Source: Candidatus Saccharimonadales bacterium (GTDB taxonomy: Bacteria > Patescibacteriota > Saccharimonadia > Saccharimonadales > 2-12-FULL-41-12). From it: a DNA stretch of 64,000 bases. A program made the position numbers and the translations under genes. The notes beneath the pieces were generated by a model. It ran no database searches. It was not told the origin of the DNA and worked only from the letters and a program-made list of their open reading frames with translations. The stretch lies in contig JANWLD010000001.1 of the NCBI GenBank assembly GCA_025451045.1, positions 69,812 to 133,811 of the forward strand, given 5' to 3'. Shown here one piece after another: positions 17,423-26,922 of this stretch (the stretch's first letter is position 1; each line of letters starts with the position of its first letter).

Positions 17423-20023
17423 ATGAAACTGTCAAAAGTTTATGAGCCCAGCCAGTACGAATCCGACATCTACTGTATGTGGGAAGAAAGCGGCGCGTTC
17501 ATTGCCCATCCGCATAGTGATAAGCCGAAGTTTTCGGTTTCTATGCCTCCGCCGAATGAAACCGGTACGCTGAGTATCGGCCATGCCCTGTTTTTAACCC
17601 TTCAGGACATCATGGTTCGGCATGCCCGGCAGAAGGGCAAAGACGCGTTGTGGCTGCCCGGAACAGATCATGCGGCATTACCAGTCAACGCCATTATAGA
17701 GAAACAACTATCAGAGGAGGGGACTGATAAACACGATATCGGTCGGGAAGAGTTCTTGAAACGCACCAAGAAGTTCGTAGGAAATAGCAGGGAAGTAATG
17801 GCCAAACAAATGCGAGCGATGGGCGCCAGCTGCGACTGGTCGCGCTTCCGTTATACCTTGGACGACTCGCTCAACCGCGCAGTTAATGAAGTCTTCGTAC
17901 GGATGTATCAAGACGGGCTAATTTACAGGGGTAACCGTATCGTTAACTGGGATCCGAACCTGCAAACGACCATCTCTGACGATGAAATAGTTTATCGGGA
18001 AGAAACGGCCAAATTTTATACCCTTCAGTACGGCCCGTTCAAGATCGGTACCGCCCGGCCGGAAACCAAGTTCGGCGACAAGTATGTCGTCATGCATCCG
18101 GACGACAAGCGTTACGCTGATTATAAACACGGTGATACTTTTAAAGCCGAGTGGATAAACGGTCCGATAACGGCAACTGTCGTCAAGGACAAGGCTGTTG
18201 ACCCGGAGTTTGGAACAGGGGTGATGACGATTACGCCGTGGCATGACCACACCGACTTTGAAATTGCCGAGCGGCACAATCTGGACAAGCAACAGATTAT
18301 TGATTTTGACGGCAAATTAACGGATGTTGCCGGGGAATTTGCCGGTATGGAAATAGTCGAAGCCCGGCCAAAAATCATCGAAAAGTTGGATAAAAAAGGC
18401 CTGTTGGTAAGTGTTGATAATGACTATGTCCACAACATTGCCTTAAACGACCGCGGCAAGGGGGTTATTGAGCCGCAAATAAAGTTGCAGTGGTTTGTTG
18501 ACGTCAACAAACCGGCCGTGGATTGGAAAGGCCAAAAATGCAGCTTGAAAGAGGTTATGCAGTCAACTGTCCGCGAAGGCGATATTAAAATTGTGCCGAA
18601 ACACTTTGAAAAAATGTATTTCCACTGGATAGACAACCTGCGTGACTGGTGCATCAGCCGCCAGATATGGTGGGGGCATCAAATACCGGTCTGGTATAAA
18701 AAGCACGAAACTTACGTCGGGGTAAAACCGCCGGAAGGCAAGGGCTGGAAACGCGATGAGGATACACTGGATACCTGGTTTAGCTCGGCCCTTTGGACCT
18801 GGAGTACGCTTATCGATCCGAAGCTGGCTAAGAATGACTCTTTGGGGTTAAACCAACTGTTAGAGCAAAGCAAAGACTTTCAGGCATATCATCCGACTAC
18901 AGTCATGGAAACCGGTTGGGACATCATTTTTTTCTGGGTAGCCCGGATGATCTTGTCCACTACTTACGCAACAGGGCAGGTACCGTTTAAGACAGTTTAT
19001 CTGCATGGCATGGTGCGCGCCGAAGACGGCAAGAAGATGAGCAAGAGCCGGCCGGAGTCGATAATCGATCCTCTTCACGTGATACCAAAATACGGAACCG
19101 ACGCTTTAAGGTTAGCGCTGGTGATGGGTGTTTCCCCTGGAAATGACCAAAATTGGGGTACAGCCAAAGCGGAAACTAACCGCAATTTCTGCAACAAACT
19201 TTGGAATATTGCCAGATACATCGAAAGCCAGACAGATAAGCTACAGCCCGACGCCGAACCCAAACCGCAAACTCCAGCCGACCATTGGGTGCTCTCCAAG
19301 CTGGATAAGGCCATAAAGCAGATAGACGAGAGTATTGAGAACTTCAATTTCAGCGGAGCTTACTTCGACCTGTATCACCTCATCTGGGACGATGTAGCCG
19401 ACTGGTATATCGAAGCGGCCAAGCACAATCCTGACCCGGCGATGCTATCTTATGTACTTTCAACGATGCTTAAGCTGGCCCATCCGTTCGCACCGTTTGT
19501 GAGCGAAACGATTTGGCAAACACTGAAGCCAGATAGTAATTCGATGTTGATAGGCGAGCCGTGGCCTAATCATGTGAAATATAATGCCGAAACGGCCGTT
19601 GAGTTTGAACAGATAAAATCGATAGTCGCGGAAGTGCGGCAAATTAAGACTCTGTTGGAGCTCAAAGGCGGGGAACTGCGCTTTAAAGAATCCAAAATCA
19701 TCTTTGACAATGCCGAAATTATCAAACGTTTGAGCAGGCTTGATGCGGTTTCGTCGGTCGGCGGCGGCAGAGGGCTGATGCTAACCCAAACCAGCGAGCA
19801 GTCCTGGCTGGACATCGACAAAAAGATGGCGGTCAAATTAAGCGATACTCTCAAAGACCGGGAAAAACAATTACAAAAATCCATAAATCACTTAAATGAC
19901 AGGCTAGGGAACCCTTCCTACGCCGAAAAAGCCCCTCAATCGCTGGTAGATGAAACCCGCGCGCAACTGGCAAAGGCCGAAGAAGAACAGCTAAAAGTCA
20001 AAAACCTCCTCGCCCGCCTATAG
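17423..20023 (+). CDS. valS: Valine--tRNA ligase
   Basis: MPPPN.TG.LSIGH, WLPGTDHA, DWCISRQIWWGH, DTWFSS, KMSKS, C-terminal coiled coil. Confidence 0.97.
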   Translation: MKLSKVYEPSQYESDIYCMWEESGAFIAHPHSDKPKFSVSMPPPNETGTLSIGHALFLTLQDIMVRHARQKGKDALWLPGTDHAALPVNAIIEKQLSEEGTDKHDIGREEFLKRTKKFVGNSREVMAKQMRAMGASCDWSRFRYTLDDSLNRAVNEVFVRMYQDGLIYRGNRIVNWDPNLQTTISDDEIVYREETAKFYTLQYGPFKIGTARPETKFGDKYVVMHPDDKRYADYKHGDTFKAEWINGPITATVVKDKAVDPEFGTGVMTITPWHDHTDFEIAERHNLDKQQIIDFDGKLTDVAGEFAGMEIVEARPKIIEKLDKKGLLVSVDNDYVHNIALNDRGKGVIEPQIKLQWFVDVNKPAVDWKGQKCSLKEVMQSTVREGDIKIVPKHFEKMYFHWIDNLRDWCISRQIWWGHQIPVWYKKHETYVGVKPPEGKGWKRDEDTLDTWFSSALWTWSTLIDPKLAKNDSLGLNQLLEQSKDFQAYHPTTVMETGWDIIFFWVARMILSTTYATGQVPFKTVYLHGMVRAEDGKKMSKSRPESIIDPLHVIPKYGTDALRLALVMGVSPGNDQNWGTAKAETNRNFCNKLWNIARYIESQTDKLQPDAEPKPQTPADHWVLSKLDKAIKQIDESIENFNFSGAYFDLYHLIWDDVADWYIEAAKHNPDPAMLSYVLSTMLKLAHPFAPFVSETIWQTLKPDSNSMLIGEPWPNHVKYNAETAVEFEQIKSIVAEVRQIKTLLELKGGELRFKESKIIFDNAEIIKRLSRLDAVSSVGGGRGLMLTQTSEQSWLDIDKKMAVKLSDTLKDREKQLQKSINHLNDRLGNPSYAEKAPQSLVDETRAQLAKAEEEQLKVKNLLARL

Positions 20024-20026
20024 CCA

Positions 20027-20180
20027 GAGGTTTAGTTTTTTGAATCGAAACAGTCCAATTACTAGCAATCATTTGTAGAATGTAGGCAGTCGCAAACGCC
20101 ACAGGCTTGAGCTATGCGAAACCTGTAAAGAGCTGCAGGAGTTCTATTAATGATTGCCTGTGGAGAAAAAACTAAAACTC
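20027..20180. repeat. ~150-nt multi-stem palindromic element between convergent valS and HTH-HAD genes
   Basis: GAGGTTTAGTTTTTT / AAAAAACTAAAACTC (14/15), GCAATCATT/AATGATTGC, TAGAA/TTCTA, ACAGG/CCTGT. Confidence 0.6.
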
Positions 20181-21044
20181 CAAAGCCTTCTTGACCCGCT
20201 CTACGGATTCGTCCGGATGATAATCGTCAAACCACAACACGTGCCAGCCCAGCCGGGCAGCAGCCATAAGGTTCGGGCGGGAATCATCAATTAACAGTAG
20301 GGAAGTCGGCTCAACGCCGGCTTCTTTGGCGGCCAGTTTATAGATTTCTGATTCCGGCTTAATGAATCCGGTCTGTGAAGAGTCAATTATCACGTCATAA
20401 GAAACATCCGGCAGCAGGTTTTGGGCAAACATGGCTTTTATCAGGCCGGGCATGTTGTTACTTAGCAGGCCGACGCGGTAATGTTCAGCCGCCCACTTGA
20501 TAAGTTCAACGGTTTCAGTGATTGGCTCTACCGCATTGAGATAAAACCGCGCCCAATCAACTCCTGGAACTGCGAATTTTTCGGCTAATAACTGGTTGAA
20601 GTCGGCCATTGAGATATCACCGCGGCAGACCAGATCGTTGTACTGCCAGAAGTTAGTTTCAACGACCTCCATCGGTATTCCTGATTCCTCGGCAATCAAA
20701 GCAAAGGTGCGATGAAAAAAGCGTACTATACTGCCGTTGATGTCGAAATAGATGAACTGGATGCCGCTTTTAGAGCGTTTTTTATCTGTTTGCAAGCGGG
20801 AGGGGGCTTCGCCGCCTAAAAGCTCCTCTATGGACGTATTGATGGCCTTTGCGATAGCCAAAATGGTAAAGACCGATGGAGCTTTGATGGCGCCGCGTTC
20901 AATCTTGGCTAGCGTGGAATAACTTATGCCCGATACTTGGCATAGCTTCTGCTGAGTATAGCCAGCTGCTTTTCTCGCCTGTTGAATACTAAGGCCCAAT
21001 CCCTTTTCCATTTTTTGCCCGCCCACTTTAGAAGATATAACCAT
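20172..21044 (-). CDS. XRE-family HTH fused to HAD-superfamily hydrolase
   Basis: RKAAGYTQQKL...STLAKIERG; FDING, LSN, KP, IDD HAD motifs; start may be ATG 21010. Confidence 0.88.
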   Translation of the reverse strand: MVISSKVGGQKMEKGLGLSIQQARKAAGYTQQKLCQVSGISYSTLAKIERGAIKAPSVFTILAIAKAINTSIEELLGGEAPSRLQTDKKRSKSGIQFIYFDINGSIVRFFHRTFALIAEESGIPMEVVETNFWQYNDLVCRGDISMADFNQLLAEKFAVPGVDWARFYLNAVEPITETVELIKWAAEHYRVGLLSNNMPGLIKAMFAQNLLPDVSYDVIIDSSQTGFIKPESEIYKLAAKEAGVEPTSLLLIDDSRPNLMAAARLGWHVLWFDDYHPDESVERVKKALEF

Positions 21045-21081
21045 ATATTACCAGTAAGCCACAGCTACTGCCAAGGGCGGT

Positions 21082-21267
21082 TTACTTGCTGAGGGCTGAG
21101 TCGATGAGACTAAGTATGCTGAGGAAGATGATAAAGACAATAACGGCGGTTGCGGCGGTAATCGTCAAAGAGTTGTTGGTGTTATTACCGGTGTGGCGCA
21201 TCACTTTGTTATAAACCCAGGCCGATACGCCAACGGCGGCAAAAAGCGATATCAGGATTGGAGACAT
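21082..21267 (-). CDS. Small two-TM membrane protein
   Basis: Two hydrophobic helices; TATAAT 6 nt before ATG. Confidence 0.7.
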   Translation of the reverse strand: MSPILISLFAAVGVSAWVYNKVMRHTGNNTNNSLTITAATAVIVFIIFLSILSLIDSALSK

Positions 21268-21312
21268 ATGCTAATTATACATCGGGCCGGGCCGCGCTAT
21301 AATATAAGCGAA

Positions 21313-22335
21313 GTGAATATTGCTAAGTTTTTTCGGGGAATAGCGGTTTACCTGCTAGGGACAGCCTTGTTTTTTACGCTGTTTTTACTGGCATATTTCT
21401 TTGTCTTCAGCCGGGTAACAGCAAATCCGGATCAGGTGAAGTCGATACTGCGAAATAGCGGCGCGTATCATAAAATTCCAGAGGTCATCTATGATAACTC
21501 GGTGGATTCAAACTCAACCACCTCGGCCAGCATACCGCTGAAAAGCCCTCTCGTCCGCCAGGCGGCTCTTGACAGCTTCAACCCGGACTTTGTCCAGAAA
21601 AACATCGAAAATGTAATAGATGGCACTTACGATTGGCTAGGCGGTCAGAGTAATGAGCCAAAGTTTGAGGTCAATTTGAAGGAAGTTAAAGATAATTTCG
21701 CCAAATCCTTGAGTGAAAGCGCCAGCCGACGCCTGAAAGACCTGCCGGTCTGTAGCGCCAAACAGATGCAGAAAATTAAGGAAATTGATGCTTTTTCCAG
21801 CCCGTGTTTGCTACCCGGAACTGATGTCAACAAACTGAAAAAGCAGGTGCTGGCCGCCGCCAAAGGCAGTGATAACTTTCTTAAAGAAACAAAAATAAGC
21901 CCGTCTACCTTCAAAGATTCGGACGGGCAACCGGTATTTGATAATTATCCGGACATTCCGCAGGCTTACCAGCTAGGGGTTAAGATGCCGTATATTTTGG
22001 CTGTTTTGTGCATACTGATGATTGCCGGATTGGTTTTTATGCACGATAAGCGCGAAGAGGGCTTGACTCAAGCAGGCAAGTTATTGGCCGCCGCCGGTGT
22101 ATTGATAGCTTTCATACCATTTCTGATTAACCATTTAGCGAATGGTATCTTAAGGTCAGGGCCGGATGATAAAGTCGTAGCGGAACTAGCCATGCCGATA
22201 GTGCATGAGTTCGCTAAAACAGCCGGCAAATTTTACTTCATAGCGGCCGCGATTTATATTTTACTGGCAGCTGCCGCCTTTTACCTGGCCTGGAAAATAT
22301 CAGAAAATAAGACTGCTAAGAAGGGTAAAAACTAG
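21313..22335 (+). CDS. Membrane protein (N-terminal TM, extracytoplasmic domain with Cys pair, three C-terminal TMs)
   Basis: Hydropathy by eye; GTG start after TATAAT; ends 1 nt before aroB. Confidence 0.75.
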   Translation: MNIAKFFRGIAVYLLGTALFFTLFLLAYFFVFSRVTANPDQVKSILRNSGAYHKIPEVIYDNSVDSNSTTSASIPLKSPLVRQAALDSFNPDFVQKNIENVIDGTYDWLGGQSNEPKFEVNLKEVKDNFAKSLSESASRRLKDLPVCSAKQMQKIKEIDAFSSPCLLPGTDVNKLKKQVLAAAKGSDNFLKETKISPSTFKDSDGQPVFDNYPDIPQAYQLGVKMPYILAVLCILMIAGLVFMHDKREEGLTQAGKLLAAAGVLIAFIPFLINHLANGILRSGPDDKVVAELAMPIVHEFAKTAGKFYFIAAAIYILLAAAAFYLAWKISENKTAKKGKN

Positions 22336-22336
22336 T

Positions 22337-23407
22337 ATGGACTACACGCTTAATAACCAGCCAAAGAGCAATAAAACTGAAGTAATCATCGGCGAAGACG
22401 CCTTAGAGCAACTGGGCCGGTTTTCAGGAAGTTACACCAAAACCGCAATCATAAGCGATGAAAGCGCGGCAAAGTATTGCTTGGGGCCGGTGCAAGACGC
22501 TTTGGGCAGAAAAGTTGAAAAAATCATTTTGCCGGACGGGGAAGCTAATAAAAACTTGAGGTTCGCCGAAGATATTTTGCGGCAACTGCGCGAAGCGGGC
22601 TTTGACAGAAAAAGTTTGATTATCGGACTCGGCGGCGGAGTAATAAACGACATTGTCGGATTTGCGGCCAGCATGTATATGCGCGGGGTTGATTGGCTGG
22701 TACTGCCAACGACATTGATAGCCCAGGCCGATGCTTCGATAGGTGGTAAAACAGGGGTAAATTTGGGCGGTTACAAGAACATGGTCGGCAGTTTTTGGCC
22801 GCCAAAAGCTGTGCTTATTAATCCAAAGTTTTTAAAAACCCTGCCACTGCGACAGATAAGGAACGGCTTGGCAGAAATTATCAAAATGGGGTTTATCGCC
22901 GATGCGGAAATACTTGATGAGGTGCAAAAAATTGAGCCGGAAAAAATCCTCGGCGTTCATTTAAATAAAGCCTCCGAGTTGGCCGCCAAAGCCAAAATTG
23001 AAATTGTTAACAGCGATATGTATGAATCGGGCGGGCGAAAACTGCTTAATTTTGGCCACACTATCGGCCATGCTTTGGAGTCAATTTCCTTGGAAACGGA
23101 CGAGCCGTTACTACACGGCGAAGCAATCTCTATCGGCATGGCAGCTGAAGCAAAGCTGGCGGAGCTGGAAGACGTTTGCAAGCCGGAACTAGTTGAAAAT
23201 ATCAAAGAAACTTTAACGCGCTTCGGTCTGCCAACTTCTTATAAACACGCTGTTATAGGCGATATTTTGGAGCGCATTCTGGCCGACAAGAAAAATGTCG
23301 GCAAGGATATTAATTGGACCCTGCCCAAAGCCGCCGGAGAAGGTCTTTACAACCACCTGGCTGATGATATTAATATCAAAGAAGCTATAAAATCCGTTAT
23401 TATTTAA
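22337..23407 (+). CDS. aroB: 3-dehydroquinate synthase
   Basis: GE.NK, GGGVIND..GF.A..YMRG, PTTL..Q.DAS.GGKTG.N, LNFGHT.GHA.E, LHGEA. Confidence 0.95.
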   Translation: MDYTLNNQPKSNKTEVIIGEDALEQLGRFSGSYTKTAIISDESAAKYCLGPVQDALGRKVEKIILPDGEANKNLRFAEDILRQLREAGFDRKSLIIGLGGGVINDIVGFAASMYMRGVDWLVLPTTLIAQADASIGGKTGVNLGGYKNMVGSFWPPKAVLINPKFLKTLPLRQIRNGLAEIIKMGFIADAEILDEVQKIEPEKILGVHLNKASELAAKAKIEIVNSDMYESGGRKLLNFGHTIGHALESISLETDEPLLHGEAISIGMAAEAKLAELEDVCKPELVENIKETLTRFGLPTSYKHAVIGDILERILADKKNVGKDINWTLPKAAGEGLYNHLADDINIKEAIKSVII

Positions 23408-23418
23408 GGGAAAGTGTT

Positions 23419-24027
23419 TTGAAAGAACAAGAAAGCTACGAAGAAGCCAGGATAAAGAAAATTTATCTCAAAATTTTAGAGGGTAAGCTTCTTTTTATTA
23501 TCGGTATCCCTCTTCTGGCCATCTTGATAACTGTTTTTGTTTTTCATTTTTACAGGGTTGACGGCTCGTCGATGGAGCATACTTTCCAAGACCGGAATCT
23601 GTTAATGGTTGAAAAAACGGGTAAAAGTTTCTCCAAGCTATTTCATAAAACCTACGTGCCAAAACGCTATGAAATAATAGTTTTTAAACAACCGTCGTAT
23701 GATCCAAGCCTTGAAATAGTTAAAAGGGTAATCGGGCTTCCGGGTGAGCGGGTAGTGGTTAAGGACGATAAGGTGACAGTTTATAACAACCAGCATCCCG
23801 AAGGCTTCATGCCGGATGATAACCTACCCCCGCAAACACAGGTAGTAAAAGATGTTTACGATCATGACAATGTTGACGTGCGCCTGAAGCCCGGTGAAGT
23901 TTTCGTTATGGGCGACAACCGGCCCGGCTCGGATGATTCGCGTTATTTCGGCCCGGTTAAGACTGACAATATTATCGGCAAAGTCACCCTTAGAATACTG
24001 CCGCTGAACGAGTTTTGGATTTTATAA
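23419..24027 (+). CDS. lepB: Signal peptidase I
   Basis: GSSM (Ser), VKRVIGLPGE (Lys), GDNR..S.DSR.FG. Confidence 0.93.
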   Translation: MKEQESYEEARIKKIYLKILEGKLLFIIGIPLLAILITVFVFHFYRVDGSSMEHTFQDRNLLMVEKTGKSFSKLFHKTYVPKRYEIIVFKQPSYDPSLEIVKRVIGLPGERVVVKDDKVTVYNNQHPEGFMPDDNLPPQTQVVKDVYDHDNVDVRLKPGEVFVMGDNRPGSDDSRYFGPVKTDNIIGKVTLRILPLNEFWIL

Positions 24028-24031
24028 ACCC

Positions 24032-24155
24032 TGGCGGAGAGGGTGGGATTCGCTTTTCTCGATGAATCTCCAAAAGTGCCTGGGAAGTCCACCGGACTTC
24101 CCGTTCGAATCCTATCAACATTGAAAATACCAGGCATAAAACCCGGTTTTTTCAA
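24032..24155 (-). repeat. Structured trailer of tRNA-Ser(CGA) ending in a 21-bp copy of the tRNA 3' end
   Basis: TGGCGGAGAGGGTGGGATTCG at 24032-24052 is identical to 24156-24176. Confidence 0.8.
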
Positions 24156-24245
24156 TGGCGGAGAGGGTGGGATTCGAACCCACGAAAGTATTGCTACTTT
24201 ACCGCTTTTCGAGAGCGGCCAGTTCAACCACTCCTGCACCTCTCC
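24156..24245 (-). tRNA. tRNA-Ser(CGA)
   Basis: GGAGAGG acceptor, CCGCT-CTCGAAA-AGCGG anticodon arm, long variable arm, GTTCGAATC, CCA. Confidence 0.96.
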
Positions 24246-24281
24246 GTTAATTCCATTATACTTGTTATAATCTTAGCCTGA
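24246..24281. promoter_or_regulatory. Bidirectional promoter between two tRNA-Ser genes
   Basis: TATAAT on minus (24255-24260) and TGTTATAAT on plus (24263-24271) in a 36-nt spacer. Confidence 0.7.
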
Positions 24282-24371
24282 GGAGAGGTGTCCGAGCGGT
24301 TTAAGGAAACGGTCTTGAAAACCGTCAGGCCGGAAACGGTCTCGTGGGTTCGAATCCCACCCTCTCCGCCA
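24282..24371 (+). tRNA. tRNA-Ser(TGA)
   Basis: ACGGT-CTTGAAA-ACCGT anticodon arm, variable arm, GTTCGAATC, CCA. Confidence 0.96.
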
Positions 24372-24475
24372 AGCCTTGTGGGACAAGCTTCGAACCACTT
24401 AACAGAGATAGGTAGTTAAGTTCGAATCCCACCTATTATTGCTTATAACACTAAGCTAATTGTAACAATTTAGAT

Positions 24476-25408
24476 TTATTTCTTTTTCAAACCCGGTTTG
24501 GCTAGAGCCTGTTTGTTGGCGTCTTTTGCTATCAGGTAAATAGAACCGGTTAGGACTATCGCGCCGATGCCCTGTGTCAGCGTCAAGCCCTGGTCAAGCC
24601 AGATATAACCGACGATTACGGCTGAAAGCGGCCAAGTCAGTTCAATCAGCGCGGCACGCGAGGCCAAAATCCGCTTCAGACCGAAATAGTAGATTAACAG
24701 CGCCACCATGCCGGTTGAGAAAGTTATAGCTACTAAGTATTTGAACTCGCTCAAAGTAATTGAGCCAAGCGCGCCGGCGCTGCCCGACAACCAGACAAAA
24801 ACCAGCGCGAAAAACGGAGTTATGCCGAAGCGTGCCGTGGTGATATGCAGGGTCGAAGTGTCCTTGAGCGCGTATTTGGAAAATGCCGTGGAAGTACCCC
24901 ATGCCGCTGCCGCACCCACCGCATACAGGGCCGCTACTGCCGTGCCAGAGCCTGTCGAAAAATTCACTGTCAGGGCAGGGAAAGTCACGACATAAGCCGC
25001 GGCTAGAGCAACGGCTGCAAGGCCAACAAAACGCCGCGTAAGCGGTTCGCGCAGTAAAATAGCCGAGGCCGTAATAGCAAAAATCGGATTAAGCTGCTGC
25101 AGCAGAACTACCACCGAAAAGTCTATGAACTGTACCCGGCCAAGAGCTGCCGTATAAAGAATGGTGCCGACCGCGCCCGACAGAAATGCTACACCAGTAA
25201 TCGCATACCACTGTTTGCGGGTTAGCTTTTTAAAGGCTTTAAATGACGCAATCGCGAACGGCGCCAAGATTATCAGGCCGAACAAGTGCTCATAAAACAC
25301 AATCACCGATGGCGGCAGCGTATAAAGATGCCTCCTTAGCAGCCCGTCCACGCTAAAAAGCAAAGCCGCTAAAAGCAAGGCGGCAACGCCATATTTACTA
25401 TATTTCAT
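24476..25408 (-). CDS. EamA/DMT-family transporter, candidate riboflavin transporter (RibN-like)
   Basis: About 10 TMs in two repeats, P.F....S.ILLRE motif; preceded by an FMN-like riboswitch. Confidence 0.85.
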   Translation of the reverse strand: MKYSKYGVAALLLAALLFSVDGLLRRHLYTLPPSVIVFYEHLFGLIILAPFAIASFKAFKKLTRKQWYAITGVAFLSGAVGTILYTAALGRVQFIDFSVVVLLQQLNPIFAITASAILLREPLTRRFVGLAAVALAAAYVVTFPALTVNFSTGSGTAVAALYAVGAAAAWGTSTAFSKYALKDTSTLHITTARFGITPFFALVFVWLSGSAGALGSITLSEFKYLVAITFSTGMVALLIYYFGLKRILASRAALIELTWPLSAVIVGYIWLDQGLTLTQGIGAIVLTGSIYLIAKDANKQALAKPGLKKK

Positions 25409-25444
25409 TGTTTTACCCTTTCTGTTGCCCCTCTTGACAACATC

Positions 25445-25566
25445 CGCCTAGGCGAATCCCGACTATACGGTCGGCCCATGATTTTCACACGGTCATCCAC
25501 TGCTTTTAGAACAATGGTCGACGGCTATAACGTCCGATTGGCGAATTTCACGCCACCCACAGGAAA
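25445..25566 (-). ncRNA. FMN (RFN) riboswitch, divergent
   Basis: GGGTGGCGTGAAATTCGCCAATCGGACGTTATAGCCGTCGA...CCGTGTGAAAATCATGGGCCGACCGTATAGTCGGGAT follows RFN architecture (two GTGAAA T-loop hairpins, two TATAG loops). Confidence 0.8.
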
Positions 25567-25621
25567 TTAAATTTTGATGCAAATACAATATTACACTTTT
25601 TACATGTTTTTATGCAAGGAT

Positions 25622-25984
25622 TTACCAAATACCGACAAGATGGGTAACTACTAAGGCCAAAGCGACGATTATGATGCCCCCTGTCTGGATGAAAGGCTCA
25701 TGGCCCAGAGTTGGCAGTTTGCCGCGCCGGATTGCTTTGTCTGCCGCCTGGAAGCGTACATAGCCAATAGTCGCCATGAAGGCGCCAAGCAAGACCACGA
25801 CAGTGCCGATGATATTTTGAGTCGCGCTGTCCTCGTTGGACAGCTGGATTAGGGCTATGCCGCCGGCCAAAATGGCCAGAGCAGTACGGATCCAAGCTAG
25901 CAAAGTCCGTTCGTTTGCCAACAAAAAGCGTACGTCCGGATCCAAATTTTTAGTTTTTGGATTCTTTTTAGTATTTTTAACCAT
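25622..25984 (-). CDS. YidH/DUF202 membrane protein
   Basis: RFLLANERTLLAWIRT signature. Confidence 0.9.
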   Translation of the reverse strand: MVKNTKKNPKTKNLDPDVRFLLANERTLLAWIRTALAILAGGIALIQLSNEDSATQNIIGTVVVLLGAFMATIGYVRFQAADKAIRRGKLPTLGHEPFIQTGGIIIVALALVVTHLVGIW

Positions 25985-26084
25985 TTAGCACTTACAGATT
26001 AAAATATTTTGCCGGCGATGGCAAATTGCACTAGAGGTACGCCAGAGATTAGACTAATCCATATAAATATATTATGGTTGGTTA

Positions 26085-26867
26085 ATGGCATCGACTGCAG
26101 AGGTGGCTGAAATGATTACAGAATCCAAAAATACGGTAGCACTAACCGGTGCCGGTATTAGTGTTGCCTCCGGAATGCCTACGTTCCGCGATGAGAATGG
26201 AGACCGTCATGACGCCGAATCAAGCCGATGGGCTTACCGCAAGTTTTTTGATGAAGACCCAGCCGCTTGGTACGAGAACTTCTGGCAGTTTTACGACCAA
26301 ATCCGGGACTTGGCACCCTCGGCCGGGCACTTGGCGCTCAAAGATATGGTTGAAGCTTCTGCCATAGATATTGTGATTACGCAGAACGTCGATAGTCTGG
26401 ATCTTTTAGCCGGTACTCCTGAGCCCAAACTCATAGAAGTTCATGGGAATAATCGCGACTTGAGCTGTGCAAATCTGCAAGAGCAGGGGTGCGATTATCA
26501 AATAGTCATGGAGGGCTGGCTGGCAGAAAACGATCAGGAGACATTGCCCGCTTGCCCCGAGGACGGCAATCCGCTGAAACCGGATATGATGCTTGTTAAC
26601 GACACCCACGTGCCTCCTTACGTCAGCAAAGCTTATCATCAGGAAGCTCCGGAAGCCTTGCAGGCAGCAGATACGCTGATGGTGGTCGGAACCTCGTTTT
26701 ATATTCGGACATGGTTTAACGCGGCCCTCTGGTTTGCCGCTCGAGATGAAAGGTCTTTGATTATCGTAAATCCTCAGCCCGGCCCGTTTGACGAATACGC
26801 GCAAGCTGTAATTCACGAACCGGCTGAAGAAGCTTTGCCGGAAATCCGCGACTTGGTAATTAATTAG
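26085..26867 (+). CDS. Sir2-family NAD-dependent deacylase
   Basis: TGAGIS.ASG.PTFR, TQNVD.L, EVHG, VGTS. Confidence 0.92.
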   Translation: MASTAEVAEMITESKNTVALTGAGISVASGMPTFRDENGDRHDAESSRWAYRKFFDEDPAAWYENFWQFYDQIRDLAPSAGHLALKDMVEASAIDIVITQNVDSLDLLAGTPEPKLIEVHGNNRDLSCANLQEQGCDYQIVMEGWLAENDQETLPACPEDGNPLKPDMMLVNDTHVPPYVSKAYHQEAPEALQAADTLMVVGTSFYIRTWFNAALWFAARDERSLIIVNPQPGPFDEYAQAVIHEPAEEALPEIRDLVIN

Positions 26868-26922
26868 GCTTATGCTTGCATTACGGGCATTAAACCCTCA
26901 GTATTGAAGTAAAGGGATATTT

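Noticed and set aside
24032..24155. Prophage or genomic island at tRNA-Ser
   Set aside because: Only ~100 bp lies between the duplicated ends, with no integrase or phage genes; kept only as a mini-element/scar finding
23943..24270. ORFs overlapping tRNA-Ser(CGA)
   Set aside because: Spurious frames across a tRNA and its trailer
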